A stretch of 64,000 bases of DNA from Candidatus Latescibacterota bacterium (lineage in GTDB: Bacteria > Latescibacterota > CBDEFO01), in assembly GCA_965248755.1 (NCBI GenBank), contig OZ252149.1, positions 384,001-448,000 of the forward strand. Reading direction: 5' to 3'. Of the stretch, positions 29,576 to 40,555 are shown in pieces (the stretch's first letter is position 1; each line of letters starts with the position of its first letter). The notes beneath the pieces were generated by a model. The model saw nothing but the letters and a program-made list of their open reading frames with translations. It did no database searches and had not been told where the DNA came from. A program made the translations under genes and the position numbers.

Positions 29576-29779
29576 CTATTCTTTGCGGTCTTTGTGCACA
29601 ATTTCGCCTTTTCCTTCAAGAACCCTTTTTATAGCTAAAGTAGTAGGATTCGTGCCGTCTACCACTCCTTCAATCCTTCTTTTTTGATTTATTCTTCTCA
29701 CCTCTTTAGATACCGCAACTATGAACTCATACCTACTAATTCCCTTTTCATGCAGATCCCCTAAAGAGACCTCAGCCAT
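29576..29779 (-). CDS. rpoZ: RNA polymerase omega subunit
   Basis: SRYEFIVAVSKEVRRI...NPTTLAI; lies between gmk and coaBC. Confidence 0.75.
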   Translation of the reverse strand: MAEVSLGDLHEKGISRYEFIVAVSKEVRRINQKRRIEGVVDGTNPTTLAIKRVLEGKGEIVHKDRKE

Positions 29780-29813
29780 ATAACTACCCCCTTAAAGCAT
29801 CTTCAGTTGTTAA

Positions 29814-30407
29814 TCAAAAAATCGTTATTATCCTTTTGGTGCGATGCCGTTCCGCCTCTATGATCGCCTCAATCCGAAGGATAGAATCGTCCAGATTCTC
29901 ATTAACTATAACATAATCATATTCAGCTATATTCTCCATCTCCTTGCGACCGGCGTTCAACCTCCTTTCTATGACTTCCCTTGAATCTGTCCGCCTTGCC
30001 TTCAACCTCTTTTCTAACACCTCTATCGACGGCGGAGCGATGAACACCGTCGCACAGTCCTTAGAAAAAATCTTCTTGAGATTCCTCGCCCCACCAACCT
30101 CCACAACTGAAATTATCACTTTCTCCTTGCTTAAAGCGTCCACAAGCGTTTTTCTTAGAGTCCCGTACAAGAATCCCTGATACTGTGTCCACTCTGCAAA
30201 ATCTCCTTGATCCAATCTATGCTTAAATTCATCCTCCGACAGAAAGACGTAATCTACACCGTCCTCCTCACCTTCCCTTTTTGGCCGCGTCGTCACCGAT
30301 ACGGAGTAAACCACATCTTGGCTCTTTTCTACCACCCTTTTCCTTATAGTAGTCTTTCCCGTACCCGAAGGAGCTGACAGCACCAGTATGAATCCCTTCC
30401 ATTTCAC
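29814..30407 (-). CDS. gmk: Guanylate kinase
   Basis: SAPSGTGKTT, SVSVTTRPKREGEEDGVDY, YDYVIVN. Confidence 0.96.
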   Translation of the reverse strand: MKWKGFILVLSAPSGTGKTTIRKRVVEKSQDVVYSVSVTTRPKREGEEDGVDYVFLSEDEFKHRLDQGDFAEWTQYQGFLYGTLRKTLVDALSKEKVIISVVEVGGARNLKKIFSKDCATVFIAPPSIEVLEKRLKARRTDSREVIERRLNAGRKEMENIAEYDYVIVNENLDDSILRIEAIIEAERHRTKRIITIF

Positions 30408-30509
30408 CTTGCTCTTTCCCCCTGTACGCTCCGCTTATTAAGCTACTGCGTAATTATCCTGCCCACTGATCGTCCCACCCGCTGTGGTCGCACCACCTTC
30501 AATTCCATA

Positions 30510-31382
30510 TCACTCCACATTTTGAACCTGCTCGCGCAGTCTTTCTACTTCCTCTTTGATATCCACTACAAGGTGAGATATGTCAGCATCGTTAGCCTTG
30601 GCGCCTATTGTATTTACCTCTCGACCTATCTCCTGGAGCAGGAAATTTAGCCTCCTTCCCACCGGCCCGCCATTGTCCAAGGCGGCTATAAATTGACTAT
30701 TGTGACTTTGGAATCTCACACACTCTTCAGTCACGTCGCTCTTTTCAGCCAGCACTGCTACTTCCATATAGAGCCTCATCTCATCTATTTGGGTATCTTC
30801 CAAGAGCCTCTGGATCTTCTCCTTTAATCTTTCCCTTGTTACCTCCACTTTCAAAGAAGCAAGCTCCTCAATCCTTTCTATCAGATTCTCCATGATGTCT
30901 ATTCTCTTTCTGAAATCCACGCTCAGTTCCTCTCCCTCCCTTTTTCTCATCTGGCTGTGCTCTGACAGCGCCATATCGCACGCCTTCTCCATCAAACTCC
31001 ATGCAGACTCCCTGTCCAGTTTCTCTTCCTCATGCTTAAATACATCGGGCATACCTAGAAGCACAGAAAGGTCTACCCTGCCTTCCACCCCTAACTCATC
31101 CTTTACCTTTGACAAAACCTCTCGATAAGCTCTGAGAACATGCACATTTAAGCGGACAGGGCTTTCCTTTTTGCTCTCCCAGGATACTGACACACTTATT
31201 TTTCCCCTTGAGATAGATTTGCCAACACGCTCCTTAATCTTCTGCTCCAGATCCACCAACTGTCTCGGAAGGCGCACAGAGATTTCAGAGAAACGTCCGT
31301 TTACAGACCTTATCTCAACCGTCGTCCGGCTCTCACCACCCTCAGCCTCTCCCCTGCCGAACCCTGTCATACTTGCAATCAT
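30510..31382 (-). CDS. yicC: YicC/YloC family endoribonuclease
   Basis: SMTGFGR, EIRSVNGRF, GRRLNFLLQE..RE.NTIGAK, REQVQNVE. Confidence 0.93.
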   Translation of the reverse strand: MIASMTGFGRGEAEGGESRTTVEIRSVNGRFSEISVRLPRQLVDLEQKIKERVGKSISRGKISVSVSWESKKESPVRLNVHVLRAYREVLSKVKDELGVEGRVDLSVLLGMPDVFKHEEEKLDRESAWSLMEKACDMALSEHSQMRKREGEELSVDFRKRIDIMENLIERIEELASLKVEVTRERLKEKIQRLLEDTQIDEMRLYMEVAVLAEKSDVTEECVRFQSHNSQFIAALDNGGPVGRRLNFLLQEIGREVNTIGAKANDADISHLVVDIKEEVERLREQVQNVE

Positions 31383-31506
31383 GGAAATATCTCTCTACGT
31401 TTATGACCTGAAAACATTGAAAAGTGCTTCTCTCTTGACTCCTGCATTAGGACATCCACGCCGGATATGGATGAAACATAAAGCATCAGCACCGCGGAGT
31501 GATGAT

Positions 31507-32097
31507 CTACCTTTCCTGGACCTCAAAGGCAGAGATTGAACCTTTCTGTGACCATGTCGCCCTCACTCGACGCGGATGGATCGCTCCGACAAGATCTTTG
31601 GAGACCTCCAAAACCGGGCGCGTAATGAGCCAAGCATCCGGGAGTAGAACGACCCCGCAGACGAATCGCACGATGCACAGGCAGGCCAAAGGCAGTGTAT
31701 TGGAGACAGCTACTTGGCCCGAAATGTCCCCTATTAGTAGTTTTCCCGAATCGATAGCCAAATACGACAGGAAAGCACAGTCCTTGTCGCCTTGAAAACG
31801 CCAGATAATGTTGAGAGCTGTGTGAACCGCCTGTCGTGGGTGATTATCCAGGGAGATGGGCGCTCCGAAGAGTGCCAGAATCTCATATCCCTTGGCGGCA
31901 CATACGTTGGCAGTCAAGATGGTACCACCACCCTCAGATACTGCGTTTGCAATGACATCCAGATAGACCTCTATCTGACTGCTGACCTCTTGGAGATTAC
32001 GGCTGTCTGCGAAAGAGACGTCCGGCGCGATAGCCACAGATAACACCGAAACGTTACACACCTTCTGTCCCAAGATTGTCTGCTCCATCATTGTCAT
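31507..32097 (-). CDS. Degenerate class III adenylate/guanylate cyclase-like domain protein
   Basis: VSVLSVAI, GGTI..., ALFGAP...HPRQAV, LAIDSG...IG follow the cyclase pattern, but catalytic residues are missing. Confidence 0.55.
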   Translation of the reverse strand: MTMMEQTILGQKVCNVSVLSVAIAPDVSFADSRNLQEVSSQIEVYLDVIANAVSEGGGTILTANVCAAKGYEILALFGAPISLDNHPRQAVHTALNIIWRFQGDKDCAFLSYLAIDSGKLLIGDISGQVAVSNTLPLACLCIVRFVCGVVLLPDAWLITRPVLEVSKDLVGAIHPRRVRATWSQKGSISAFEVQER

Positions 32098-32127
32098 CTT
32101 CCTTCATGTCTCTTTTGACCTATGCCA

Positions 32128-33930
32128 TCAATTAGAATCGAACTTTATATCGACGCCGCTCGTCTCCCATCTGGATCTTATCGCCACAGTATCAGGATAG
32201 GAGGCAACAGGTTCAGATGGGATGAAAGGGAACGCCTGTCCGTAGTCCTGCTTCCCGTCCCCGTCCCTATCCATAAAGGCGGATACAACGTATCTCCCCG
32301 AAGGCAAGCCTTCCCAGAGATAATCCCCTTCCACTGCAACTCTGAGACTGTATGCTTCTTTGCCCTTCTCAACAGATGTTGCCCTTAAATAAAACTTTGC
32401 CTTCAAGCTATCGCCCAAGATCACTTGTCCCGACATCGAACCCAGATCCCTTTCCTCAAGCACAGCAAAAGAAAAGCTCAAGAGACTATCGGCAAGAGCG
32501 TTACCTGCTCTATCTGAAAGACGTCCTGCATCCCCATGTAAGGTGTACGACTTTCCCTCCACCCATCCTTCCAATGGCGAAAATTTCAATGTCAAATTGC
32601 CCTCCCAGTTGAAAGTCCCGTCCAAGGGGATATCCGGCTGAGATCCGAGCCAGAATCGGCTGTCCAACTCCACCTCCTGCATCGCTTCGCTGAAGATGAC
32701 CTCAAGGGCGCTTTCCGGGAACACAATAGAAGCTTCACTATCTGGATGGATCGAAATAACCTCGGGATTCTTCCTATCATCCTTTCGGCTCCCTACGAAT
32801 AGAAGTGTATCTTCTACAGCCTGATTCCCGTTAGAATCCTTTATACCTTGCACACTAACCCGATATTCTACAGCCTCCTTCTGTACTCCCGTCAGTATGT
32901 ACACAGACGAGCTATCCTTGGGATCTACATAACTTTCAAAAACATCCAGATTCCCCAGGTTTTCGAACTCGGCTCCTGAAATATCCACCTTCTCATTAAA
33001 TCTGATGAGGACTCGTCCGGCATCCACAGCCCTAAGGGACAAGATTAGTGGGCCCGTGCTATCTCTCAAAGAAAGGTAAAATTCCCCAACATTCACAACT
33101 TCATCTTCTTCTCCCAGAGCAACATCTCCGGGAGGTACACCCAATTTCTCACTACCCGGGTCGTACCTCTTATCCTTGTCCCTATCCTCGAAAGCGAAGC
33201 TCCGGTAATTACCGGTTCCTATACGCTCAAAACTATATTCCCCATTCCTTCCCGCCTCTGTCACGTAATTGGGCTGATCCCTTGAGGGATCTGGATCTCT
33301 GGTCCTCACGGAGTCAACGCTTGACCTCAGATCGTAAGCCAACACTAAAACAGGAAAACGGCTATATATTCTCTTGATTCTTCCCTTCATTTTCCCTTGG
33401 GCAAGCCGACTCCCCGTTGAAAACGCAAATACGTAGGGCTCCTCCATACGGTTCCTGCGCTCATCCCGTGCCCCTGTGCCTACAGTCACTAAGTAAGTCC
33501 TGTCATCATAGAGCCCTTCCAAAACCGAGACTTTCAGTGTATTCCGGTGCCAATCAAATATTAGATCCCCAGGGTCCGGGGATACGATAATGGAAGCTTC
33601 TACAGAGCGCCTATACATCCCCTCACTGAATCCGATCTTTATATCCGAATTAACTTCCACGTTCACTGAGTCCGACCTTGGAGTCGTCCATAGAGCCTTC
33701 GGAGGACTCTTGTCCGGCGGTCCCCCAGGAGGGAATCCCTCTTTTGCACAATTGACTGCCAAAAGCAGCAGTAGACAGTAGACAGTGGACAGTGGACAGG
33801 CCCCTGCCCCCAATAGATTCAGTTGGGGGTTCAATCGGAGGCATGGGACCACCTCCCCACCCTGGATGCTGTCTACTGGCGGTCTGCAAAGGCGTTGCTG
33901 TCTATTTACCGTTGACGAGATATTAGTCAA
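32128..33930 (-). CDS. Ig-like (Big_5) domain lipoprotein
   Basis: LAVNC lipobox then AKEGFPPGGPPDKSPP; FSE.M and D..GN Big_5 motifs twice. N-terminus expanded by repeat DNA. Confidence 0.8.
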   Translation of the reverse strand: MTNISSTVNRQQRLCRPPVDSIQGGEVVPCLRLNPQLNLLGAGACPLSTVYCLLLLLAVNCAKEGFPPGGPPDKSPPKALWTTPRSDSVNVEVNSDIKIGFSEGMYRRSVEASIIVSPDPGDLIFDWHRNTLKVSVLEGLYDDRTYLVTVGTGARDERRNRMEEPYVFAFSTGSRLAQGKMKGRIKRIYSRFPVLVLAYDLRSSVDSVRTRDPDPSRDQPNYVTEAGRNGEYSFERIGTGNYRSFAFEDRDKDKRYDPGSEKLGVPPGDVALGEEDEVVNVGEFYLSLRDSTGPLILSLRAVDAGRVLIRFNEKVDISGAEFENLGNLDVFESYVDPKDSSSVYILTGVQKEAVEYRVSVQGIKDSNGNQAVEDTLLFVGSRKDDRKNPEVISIHPDSEASIVFPESALEVIFSEAMQEVELDSRFWLGSQPDIPLDGTFNWEGNLTLKFSPLEGWVEGKSYTLHGDAGRLSDRAGNALADSLLSFSFAVLEERDLGSMSGQVILGDSLKAKFYLRATSVEKGKEAYSLRVAVEGDYLWEGLPSGRYVVSAFMDRDGDGKQDYGQAFPFIPSEPVASYPDTVAIRSRWETSGVDIKFDSN

Positions 33931-33960
33931 GTTTACAACGCAAATCTCTTCGGACTGCGA

Positions 33961-34908
33961 TCACTTCAAAAGTCTCAGCAACACAGCCTTTTGAACGTAC
34001 AGCTTGTTCTCCGCCTCATCGAACGCTATAGAACGCGGGCTGTCCAAAACCTCATCTGTGATCTCCTTCCCCCTGTAAGCCGGAAGACAGTGACTCACCA
34101 GACAACCGTTCTTAGCCTTATCTAGAAGTTCCATATTCACCTGATAACCACAAAACGCTTTAGACCGTTCCTCAGCTTCATCCTCCTGTCCCATACTCGT
34201 CCATGTGTCCGTGTAGATCACATCCGCATTCCTGACAGCATCATCCTTGTTCTCCACAATCTCCATCCGCGTGCCCGCATCACTTGCCAAACCTAAAGCT
34301 TTGCTCATTATCTCCTCGTCCGGCCCGTAGCCCTCTGGACAGGAGATCACAAAATTCATCCCCACTACGGGACAGAGCAACATCATAGAATGAGCCACAT
34401 TATTCCCGTCCCCAACAAACGCCATGTTCAGTCCCTTCAGATTTCCCACCTTTGCCACACGGAGTCGACGTTCTACCATAGTCATCGCGAAAGCCAGAGC
34501 CTGACACGGATGTTCCTTATCGCTTAAGGCGTTCACCACCGGGATCTTTGAAGAATCTGCAAGCTCAACTATGGTCTTGTGATCGAACGTACGTGCCACG
34601 ATGCAGTCCACCCATCTTTCCAGACTCCGGGCTATATCCGCCGGACTCTCTCTCTTACCAAGCTCTATATCCGCCTGCTGGAGATGAATGGCATAACCTC
34701 CCAGGTGAGCTATAGCTGCTTCAAATGTCACCCTTGTCCTCAACGAGGGCTTCTCAAATATCAAAGCTATCGTCTTACCCTCAAACGGCCTCTTGTTGTT
34801 CTTCCGCAAGGAGTCAACGCTCGACTTTTTTATATCCAACGAAATTTCAATAAGCTTAAGAATCTCATCTCCAGAAAGATCAGATACAGATATGAGATGT
34901 TGGTTCAA
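33961..34908 (-). CDS. argF: Ornithine carbamoyltransferase
   Basis: FEKPSLRTR, HPCQAL, GDGNNV, TDTWTSMG, HCLP. Confidence 0.95.
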   Translation of the reverse strand: MNQHLISVSDLSGDEILKLIEISLDIKKSSVDSLRKNNKRPFEGKTIALIFEKPSLRTRVTFEAAIAHLGGYAIHLQQADIELGKRESPADIARSLERWVDCIVARTFDHKTIVELADSSKIPVVNALSDKEHPCQALAFAMTMVERRLRVAKVGNLKGLNMAFVGDGNNVAHSMMLLCPVVGMNFVISCPEGYGPDEEIMSKALGLASDAGTRMEIVENKDDAVRNADVIYTDTWTSMGQEDEAEERSKAFCGYQVNMELLDKAKNGCLVSHCLPAYRGKEITDEVLDSPRSIAFDEAENKLYVQKAVLLRLLK

Positions 34909-35136
34909 TTTGGAGCTCCCTTAATTTCAGTAGATAGCACACAGGCTAGCCCTCCCCTCTCTACAGTCCACGAAATTGCTTCGCCCACCCACTTGGTGGC
35001 ACCCACTTCGTGGCTCGTTGTCTCCCCAGCAAAGCTGCCACTCCACCGGGCATCAGACGAAGCCAACTCAAGGCAGAGGAGGAGGTGCCCCTTCTAGCCC
35101 TGACTTGAATCTATCGGGGGCTCCTGTCTACTGTTT

Positions 35137-36498
35137 TTACAGTATATACCTGCTCAGATCTTCGTCTTCCACGATCTCTTGGAGCTTTTCTTTTACTACC
35201 TTTGGAGTTATCCTTATTGTTTTTTGGCACGAATCGGGCAAGGAAAATAGAATATCTTCCAATAATGTAGTCATCACCGTGTGCAGCCTTCGTGCTCCGA
35301 TGTTCTCCATCCTCTGATTTACCGTATCGGCCACCTTGGCTATCTCCATGATAGCCTCTTTTCCAAATGAGATCTTTACACCCTCAGTCTCCAATAAGGC
35401 CGTGTACTGCTTCAAAAGAGCGTTCTTGGGTTCAGTCAATATTCTTACGAAATCCTCAGCTTTTAGACTATCCAACTCCACTCTGATCGGGAAGCGCCCT
35501 TGGAGCTCGGGGATCAGATCAGAGGGCTTCGACGCATGAAAGGCCCCCGCAGAGATAAACAGGATGTGATCTGTTCGTACCATCCCGTACTTCGTCGTCA
35601 CACTCGATCCCTCAACAATCGGCAGAATATCTCTCTGGACGCCCTCTCTGGATACGTCCGCTGAGCCCTTTACGTCGCCCCCTGTGATCTTGTCTATCTC
35701 ATCTACGAACACTATCCCGGAATTCTCCACCCGCTTTACCGCCTCACCTACCACCTCATCCATATCTATCAACTTCTGTGCCTCCTCTTGGGCCAGAATC
35801 TTTTTTCCTTCAGGCACAGGTACTAGTCTTTTTTTTGTCCTTTGTGGTATTATTCCCCCCAACATCTCCTGGACGTTGATCCCCATCTCCTCTACCCCTC
35901 CCCAAGGCGAGAATATCTCCACCATCGGGAGCTTATCCTTTGGCAGATCAAGCTCCACCATCCTTTTATCTAACTTTCCCTCGTAAAGTTGTCTCCTTAG
36001 CTTTTCCCTTGTCCTTTCCCAGCTTGCCTGAGACTCATTGTCCTCCTGCAGGTCATTGTCGAGTTTCTTGTCGGCTGTAGTAGGTTGCGGCAGAAGGATA
36101 TCTAAAAGTCTTTCCTCCGCTAATTGTTCTGCTTCCTCGGCAACTTCAAAACTTTTCTGCCCCTTTACCATATTTACCGCAATATCCATCAGATCCCTTA
36201 TCATTGACTCCACGTCCCGCCCTACATATCCGACCTCAGTAAACTTTGACGCCTCAATCTTTACGAACGGCGCATTCGCTAAATTTGCAAGCCTTCTTGC
36301 TATCTCCGTCTTTCCCACGCCTGTCGGCCCGATCATAATGATATTATTGGGCATTATCTCTTCTCTAAGTTCATCAGGAACCTGCTGTCTGCGCCATCTG
36401 TTCCTTAAGGCTATCGCCACTGCTCTTTTTGCCTTTTCCTGACCTATGATGTACTTATCCAATTCTCTCACGATCTGCTTCGGCGTCAGTTCCTCCAC
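35137..36498 (-). CDS. hslU: ATP-dependent protease ATPase subunit HslU
   Basis: [36 protein letters not shown] start with GGAGG RBS. Confidence 0.97.
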   Translation of the reverse strand: MEELTPKQIVRELDKYIIGQEKAKRAVAIALRNRWRRQQVPDELREEIMPNNIIMIGPTGVGKTEIARRLANLANAPFVKIEASKFTEVGYVGRDVESMIRDLMDIAVNMVKGQKSFEVAEEAEQLAEERLLDILLPQPTTADKKLDNDLQEDNESQASWERTREKLRRQLYEGKLDKRMVELDLPKDKLPMVEIFSPWGGVEEMGINVQEMLGGIIPQRTKKRLVPVPEGKKILAQEEAQKLIDMDEVVGEAVKRVENSGIVFVDEIDKITGGDVKGSADVSREGVQRDILPIVEGSSVTTKYGMVRTDHILFISAGAFHASKPSDLIPELQGRFPIRVELDSLKAEDFVRILTEPKNALLKQYTALLETEGVKISFGKEAIMEIAKVADTVNQRMENIGARRLHTVMTTLLEDILFSLPDSCQKTIRITPKVVKEKLQEIVEDEDLSRYIL

Positions 36499-36588
36499 AA
36501 TCCCCTCCAAGATAGTAAACAGCAAACAGTAAACAAGGAGAAAGGGGAGACGGCGTGCCTACTGTCTGCTCACTACTGTCTACTGGGT

Positions 36589-37134
36589 TTATAGTTTTTC
36601 TATTATAATATTATCGTTTGTATAGATACAGATAGAAGCTGCCACCTTCAAAGACCGTTCTACTATAGAGCTGGCACTCAGATCCGACACATCCAAGTAA
36701 GCCCTTGAAGCCGCTAAGGCGTACGCACCTCCCGAACCTATCGCCACCACTCCATCGTCCGGCTCTATCAGATCTCCATCTCCAGACACGATGTAAGAAT
36801 GATCTGGATCCATCACTACCAAAAGCGCGTCTAAACGCCTCAGCGTCCTGTCAGACCTCCAATCCCTGGAAAGCTCAACAACGGCTCTCTGGATATTTCC
36901 GCTGAATTCTTCTAATTTCGACTCGAACCTCTCCAAAAGCGTTGATCCGTCAGCCGCTCCTCCTGCAAATCCGGCAAGAACACTGTTATTGTAGATCCTC
37001 CTCACCTTCCGAGCCCTATGCTTCATAACAGTATCTCCCATACCCACCTGACCATCAGCCCCCATTGCACACTTGCCCTTGTGCCTTACGCCCAGAACTG
37101 TAGTAGCCCTCAACTTCAGCGCTTCCAAGTACAA
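36589..37134 (-). CDS. hslV: ATP-dependent protease subunit HslV
   Basis: ATTVL, DGQV, GFAG, IGSGG.YA, ICIYTN. Confidence 0.96.
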   Translation of the reverse strand: MYLEALKLRATTVLGVRHKGKCAMGADGQVGMGDTVMKHRARKVRRIYNNSVLAGFAGGAADGSTLLERFESKLEEFSGNIQRAVVELSRDWRSDRTLRRLDALLVVMDPDHSYIVSGDGDLIEPDDGVVAIGSGGAYALAASRAYLDVSDLSASSIVERSLKVAASICIYTNDNIIIEKL

Positions 37135-37244
37135 TTACCTCCTAAAGAAGTAGACAGGGCGCCTTCTCCCTTCCCTGGATGCTGCTACTTTTCTTCGAAG
37201 AAGCAGGCCTTCCCTGTATCCTGTGTACTGACTTCTGTTACTTG

Positions 37245-38225
37245 TTAAGCTCTCGGATGAGCCTTTTCGTATGCCTTCTTCAGACGATCCAGGGTCACAT
37301 GCGTGTACATCTGAGTCGTCGAAAGGTTCGAATGTCCCAAGAGCTCCTGCACTGCCCTCAGGTCTGCCCCTCTGTCTAATAGATGAGTCGCGAAACTATG
37401 CCTCAACACGTGGGGACTTGCCTGTTTTCCCTTTGTCACTTTCGAAATATAGCCCACAACTATCTTCCGAACTCCCCTGTCCGTCAACCTTCTCCCTCTA
37501 CTGTTCAAAAAGAGCGCATCTTTGTCACCGAGTCGTGCCCTTGCAGACCTGCCCCCGGACTTATCATCTTTTGCCTTCTCAGCCAAGAGTCCCCTTGCGT
37601 CCAGATAACTCCAAAGAGCCTGGGACGCCATGCTCCCTATCGGGACAATCCTCTCCTTTCCCCCTTTTCCCATTACTTTCACAGTTTTCTTTACAGCGTC
37701 CATGTCCGACACATCCAATCCTACAAGCTCACCTAACCTCAGCCCCCCTCCGTACAGCACTTCCAGAATAGCCCTGTCCCTTGATCCTAAAAGATCGTCC
37801 TCCGGCATTTCCACGGTCTGCCTTGTCTGCTTCACGCTCAAGAAAGCTGGAAGCCTTTCATCTAACTTCACAGAGGCCATCCCGGCGCTAGGATCGGATT
37901 CTAAAATCCCCCTTCTGCACAGATACCTGCAAAAAGATCTGATCGCCGAAAGCTTCCGAACTATTGATTTCTTCTTCATTCCAGAATCCGTCAAAAAGCT
38001 CAAGAAACACCGGATCGCTTCCTTATCGATCTCTGTCACACTCACATCCTCTACCCCCCGGTTATCTCTCATGGAAGAAGAAAACTGCTCAAGATCGCAT
38101 CTGTAAGACTCGACAGTATACACAGACAGATGACGTTCCTTTTCTAAATAAGATAGGAACTCTTCAATCCATGTTTTGAACGATAGGTAAGAGAACACCA
38201 CTAAGTTACTCCAGTTAGAATACAA
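37245..38225 (-). CDS. xerC: Tyrosine recombinase XerC
   Basis: GLR..E, GKGGKERIVP, HVLRHSFATHLL, LLGH...TTQMY; topA-xerC-hslVU context. Confidence 0.9.
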   Translation of the reverse strand: MYSNWSNLVVFSYLSFKTWIEEFLSYLEKERHLSVYTVESYRCDLEQFSSSMRDNRGVEDVSVTEIDKEAIRCFLSFLTDSGMKKKSIVRKLSAIRSFCRYLCRRGILESDPSAGMASVKLDERLPAFLSVKQTRQTVEMPEDDLLGSRDRAILEVLYGGGLRLGELVGLDVSDMDAVKKTVKVMGKGGKERIVPIGSMASQALWSYLDARGLLAEKAKDDKSGGRSARARLGDKDALFLNSRGRRLTDRGVRKIVVGYISKVTKGKQASPHVLRHSFATHLLDRGADLRAVQELLGHSNLSTTQMYTHVTLDRLKKAYEKAHPRA

Positions 38226-38308
38226 AAGGTCCTTTCTTTATATAACTGCTATAACTAATTGTCGCACAAGACTAACTTCAACTTTTTAAGTATTCAGCAT
38301 TATCTATA

Positions 38309-40555
38309 CTATACCATAGGAAACTCCCCTTTGCAGTTAAGACACTTGAGGAAATCCCCTTTCTTTTGAGAGATCTTCTCCACCATAAAATCAGCTCCGC
38401 ATTCGGGACACCTTTGACTTACAGGACGATCCCAGGAGGCGAATTTACACTCAGGATAATTAATGCATCCATAGAAGATTCTCCCCTTGCCCGTCTTCCT
38501 TTCTACTAACTCTCCGCCGCAGCTATCTTGTGGACAAGCTATTCCCAGGGTAAAAGGCTTGGTATTTTTGCACTCAGGGTAATTGGAGCAAGCTAAGAAC
38601 TTCCCGTAGCGCCCGGTCCTCAGCACCATATTGCCTCCGCATTCTTCGCACTTGCGCCCTGCCGTCTCAGTCTCTTCAACTTTCTCTTCCAAAGGCTTGG
38701 TATTCTTACACTCAGGATACCCTGGACACGCTATAAACTTCCCGTTTCTCCCCCACTTTATTACCATCTCCCTGCCGCAAAGCTCACACTTTACCCCCGA
38801 TTTTTCTTGAAGGGATTCCTTAAGATCCTTTCCGCGCTCCTTCACATCGGAAAGAGTTTCTTCAAACGAAGTGTAGAACTTATCCACCACTTCCACCCAG
38901 TCGTCCTTGCCCTCCTCTATCCTGTCCAGTTCATCTTCCATCATCGCCGTGAACTTCACGTTGAAAATGTGGGGGAAAGCCCCCACAAGCAGAGTGTTTA
39001 CATCCATCCCCAGATCTGTGGCAACGAATCTTCTCTTATCCTCTTTTACATAATCTCTGCTCTTGATCTTACTCATTATATCAGCATAGGTGCTCGGACG
39101 ACCTATTCCCTTGGCCTCCAGGTCTTTAACCAAAGTCGCCTCAGTGTATCTAGGGGGAGGTTTAGTAAAATGCTGTTGGGGGGACAGACCCAGCAAAATC
39201 AACTCTTCTCCAACTTTAAGGTTTCCAGGCACCCGCTCATCCTCCCTCTCCTCCCCATCTTCGTCCTTACCCTCAGTATAGATCACAGTGAAGCCACTGT
39301 ATTTAACCGAGGACCCCGAGGCCCTGAATATGTAATCCACTGCCCCTATATCTACAGATATAACATCCAAAATAGCAGATTTCATCTGAGAGGCGACGAA
39401 CCGCTTCCATATCAACTCGTACAACTTCACCTGATCGGGAGTCAGGAACCTCCTCACCGACTTAATATCCGTTTTTACAGAAGTCGGTCTTATCGCCTCG
39501 TGAGCGTCCTGTGCCCCCTTCTTAACTTTGTAGCTCCTGGCCTTCATCGGCACGTAATCCGCACCCCAGGCCGATGCTATGTACTCCCTCACCTCGCTAA
39601 TTGCTTCAGGCGCCACCCTCACAGAATCGGTCCTCATATACGTGATCAATCCTACGGACTCGCCCTCAAGCTCAATTCCCTCATAGAGCTCCTGAGCCAC
39701 TCTCATCGTTTTATAGCTCGAAAATCTTAACGCCCTTGCAGCATCCTGCTGAAGAGTACTCGTAATAAAGGGCGGAGGGGGATTTCTTTTCTGCTCCCCC
39801 TTTCTCAAGTCCAACACCTTGAATACGCTATCCTTAAACTCCGCTACAATCCCCTTGGCCTCTCCCTCATTCGGAATATTAACATTGCTCCCGCCCTCCC
39901 GAATCAACTTTGCGTTAAAAGGTAATGTATCTTCCCCCTTTAGGTTTGCCGTTATGGACCAGTACTCCTCGATCACGAAGCAGCTTATTTCTTCCTCTCT
40001 TTCGCACACCATTCTCAGAGCCACAGACTGAACCCTCCCCGCGCTCAGCCCCCTATAGATAGCCTTCCACAAGACAGGGCTGACCTTATAACCCACGAGC
40101 CTATCCATCACCCTGCGGGCCTGCTGAGCGTTAACCTTCCTCAAATCCAACCCTAAAGGGCTCTCCAGCGCCTTCGACACTGCACTTTGAGTAATCTGAT
40201 TAAACGTAATCCTGTAGACACCATCCCCATTTTTAGATATAACCTGAGCCACGTGCCAGGCTATCGCCTCCCCTTCCCTGTCAGGGTCAGTCGCCAAAAG
40301 CACCCTATCGGATACCTTTGCCTCCTTCTTCAACTCAGCTAAAACCTTCTCCCTGCCCTTTATGATCTGATACTTGGGCTTAAAGCCGTCAGCTATATCT
40401 ATGCCCAATTCTCTTTGAGGAAGATCCCGCACGTGACCCATACACGCCCTTACAGCAAAATCCTTCCCCAAGAATTTATTTATAGTCTTGGCCTTAGCAG
40501 GAGATTCCACAACCACTAGCGATCTCCTACCATCTACTTTTTTTCTACTTGCCAT
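38309..40555 (-). CDS. topA: DNA topoisomerase I
   Basis: VESPAKAKTI, ATDPDREGE, SAGRVQS, ITYMRTDS, C-terminal zinc ribbons. Confidence 0.98.
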   Translation of the reverse strand: MASRKKVDGRRSLVVVESPAKAKTINKFLGKDFAVRACMGHVRDLPQRELGIDIADGFKPKYQIIKGREKVLAELKKEAKVSDRVLLATDPDREGEAIAWHVAQVISKNGDGVYRITFNQITQSAVSKALESPLGLDLRKVNAQQARRVMDRLVGYKVSPVLWKAIYRGLSAGRVQSVALRMVCEREEEISCFVIEEYWSITANLKGEDTLPFNAKLIREGGSNVNIPNEGEAKGIVAEFKDSVFKVLDLRKGEQKRNPPPPFITSTLQQDAARALRFSSYKTMRVAQELYEGIELEGESVGLITYMRTDSVRVAPEAISEVREYIASAWGADYVPMKARSYKVKKGAQDAHEAIRPTSVKTDIKSVRRFLTPDQVKLYELIWKRFVASQMKSAILDVISVDIGAVDYIFRASGSSVKYSGFTVIYTEGKDEDGEEREDERVPGNLKVGEELILLGLSPQQHFTKPPPRYTEATLVKDLEAKGIGRPSTYADIMSKIKSRDYVKEDKRRFVATDLGMDVNTLLVGAFPHIFNVKFTAMMEDELDRIEEGKDDWVEVVDKFYTSFEETLSDVKERGKDLKESLQEKSGVKCELCGREMVIKWGRNGKFIACPGYPECKNTKPLEEKVEETETAGRKCEECGGNMVLRTGRYGKFLACSNYPECKNTKPFTLGIACPQDSCGGELVERKTGKGRIFYGCINYPECKFASWDRPVSQRCPECGADFMVEKISQKKGDFLKCLNCKGEFPMV

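Noticed and set aside
37245..38225. Prophage or island integrase
   Set aside because: The topA-xerC-hslVU context marks it as the chromosomal XerC.
38807..39730. 307-aa + strand ORF and similar long antisense ORFs
   Set aside because: Shadow ORFs opposite well-supported genes, with no recognisable motifs.
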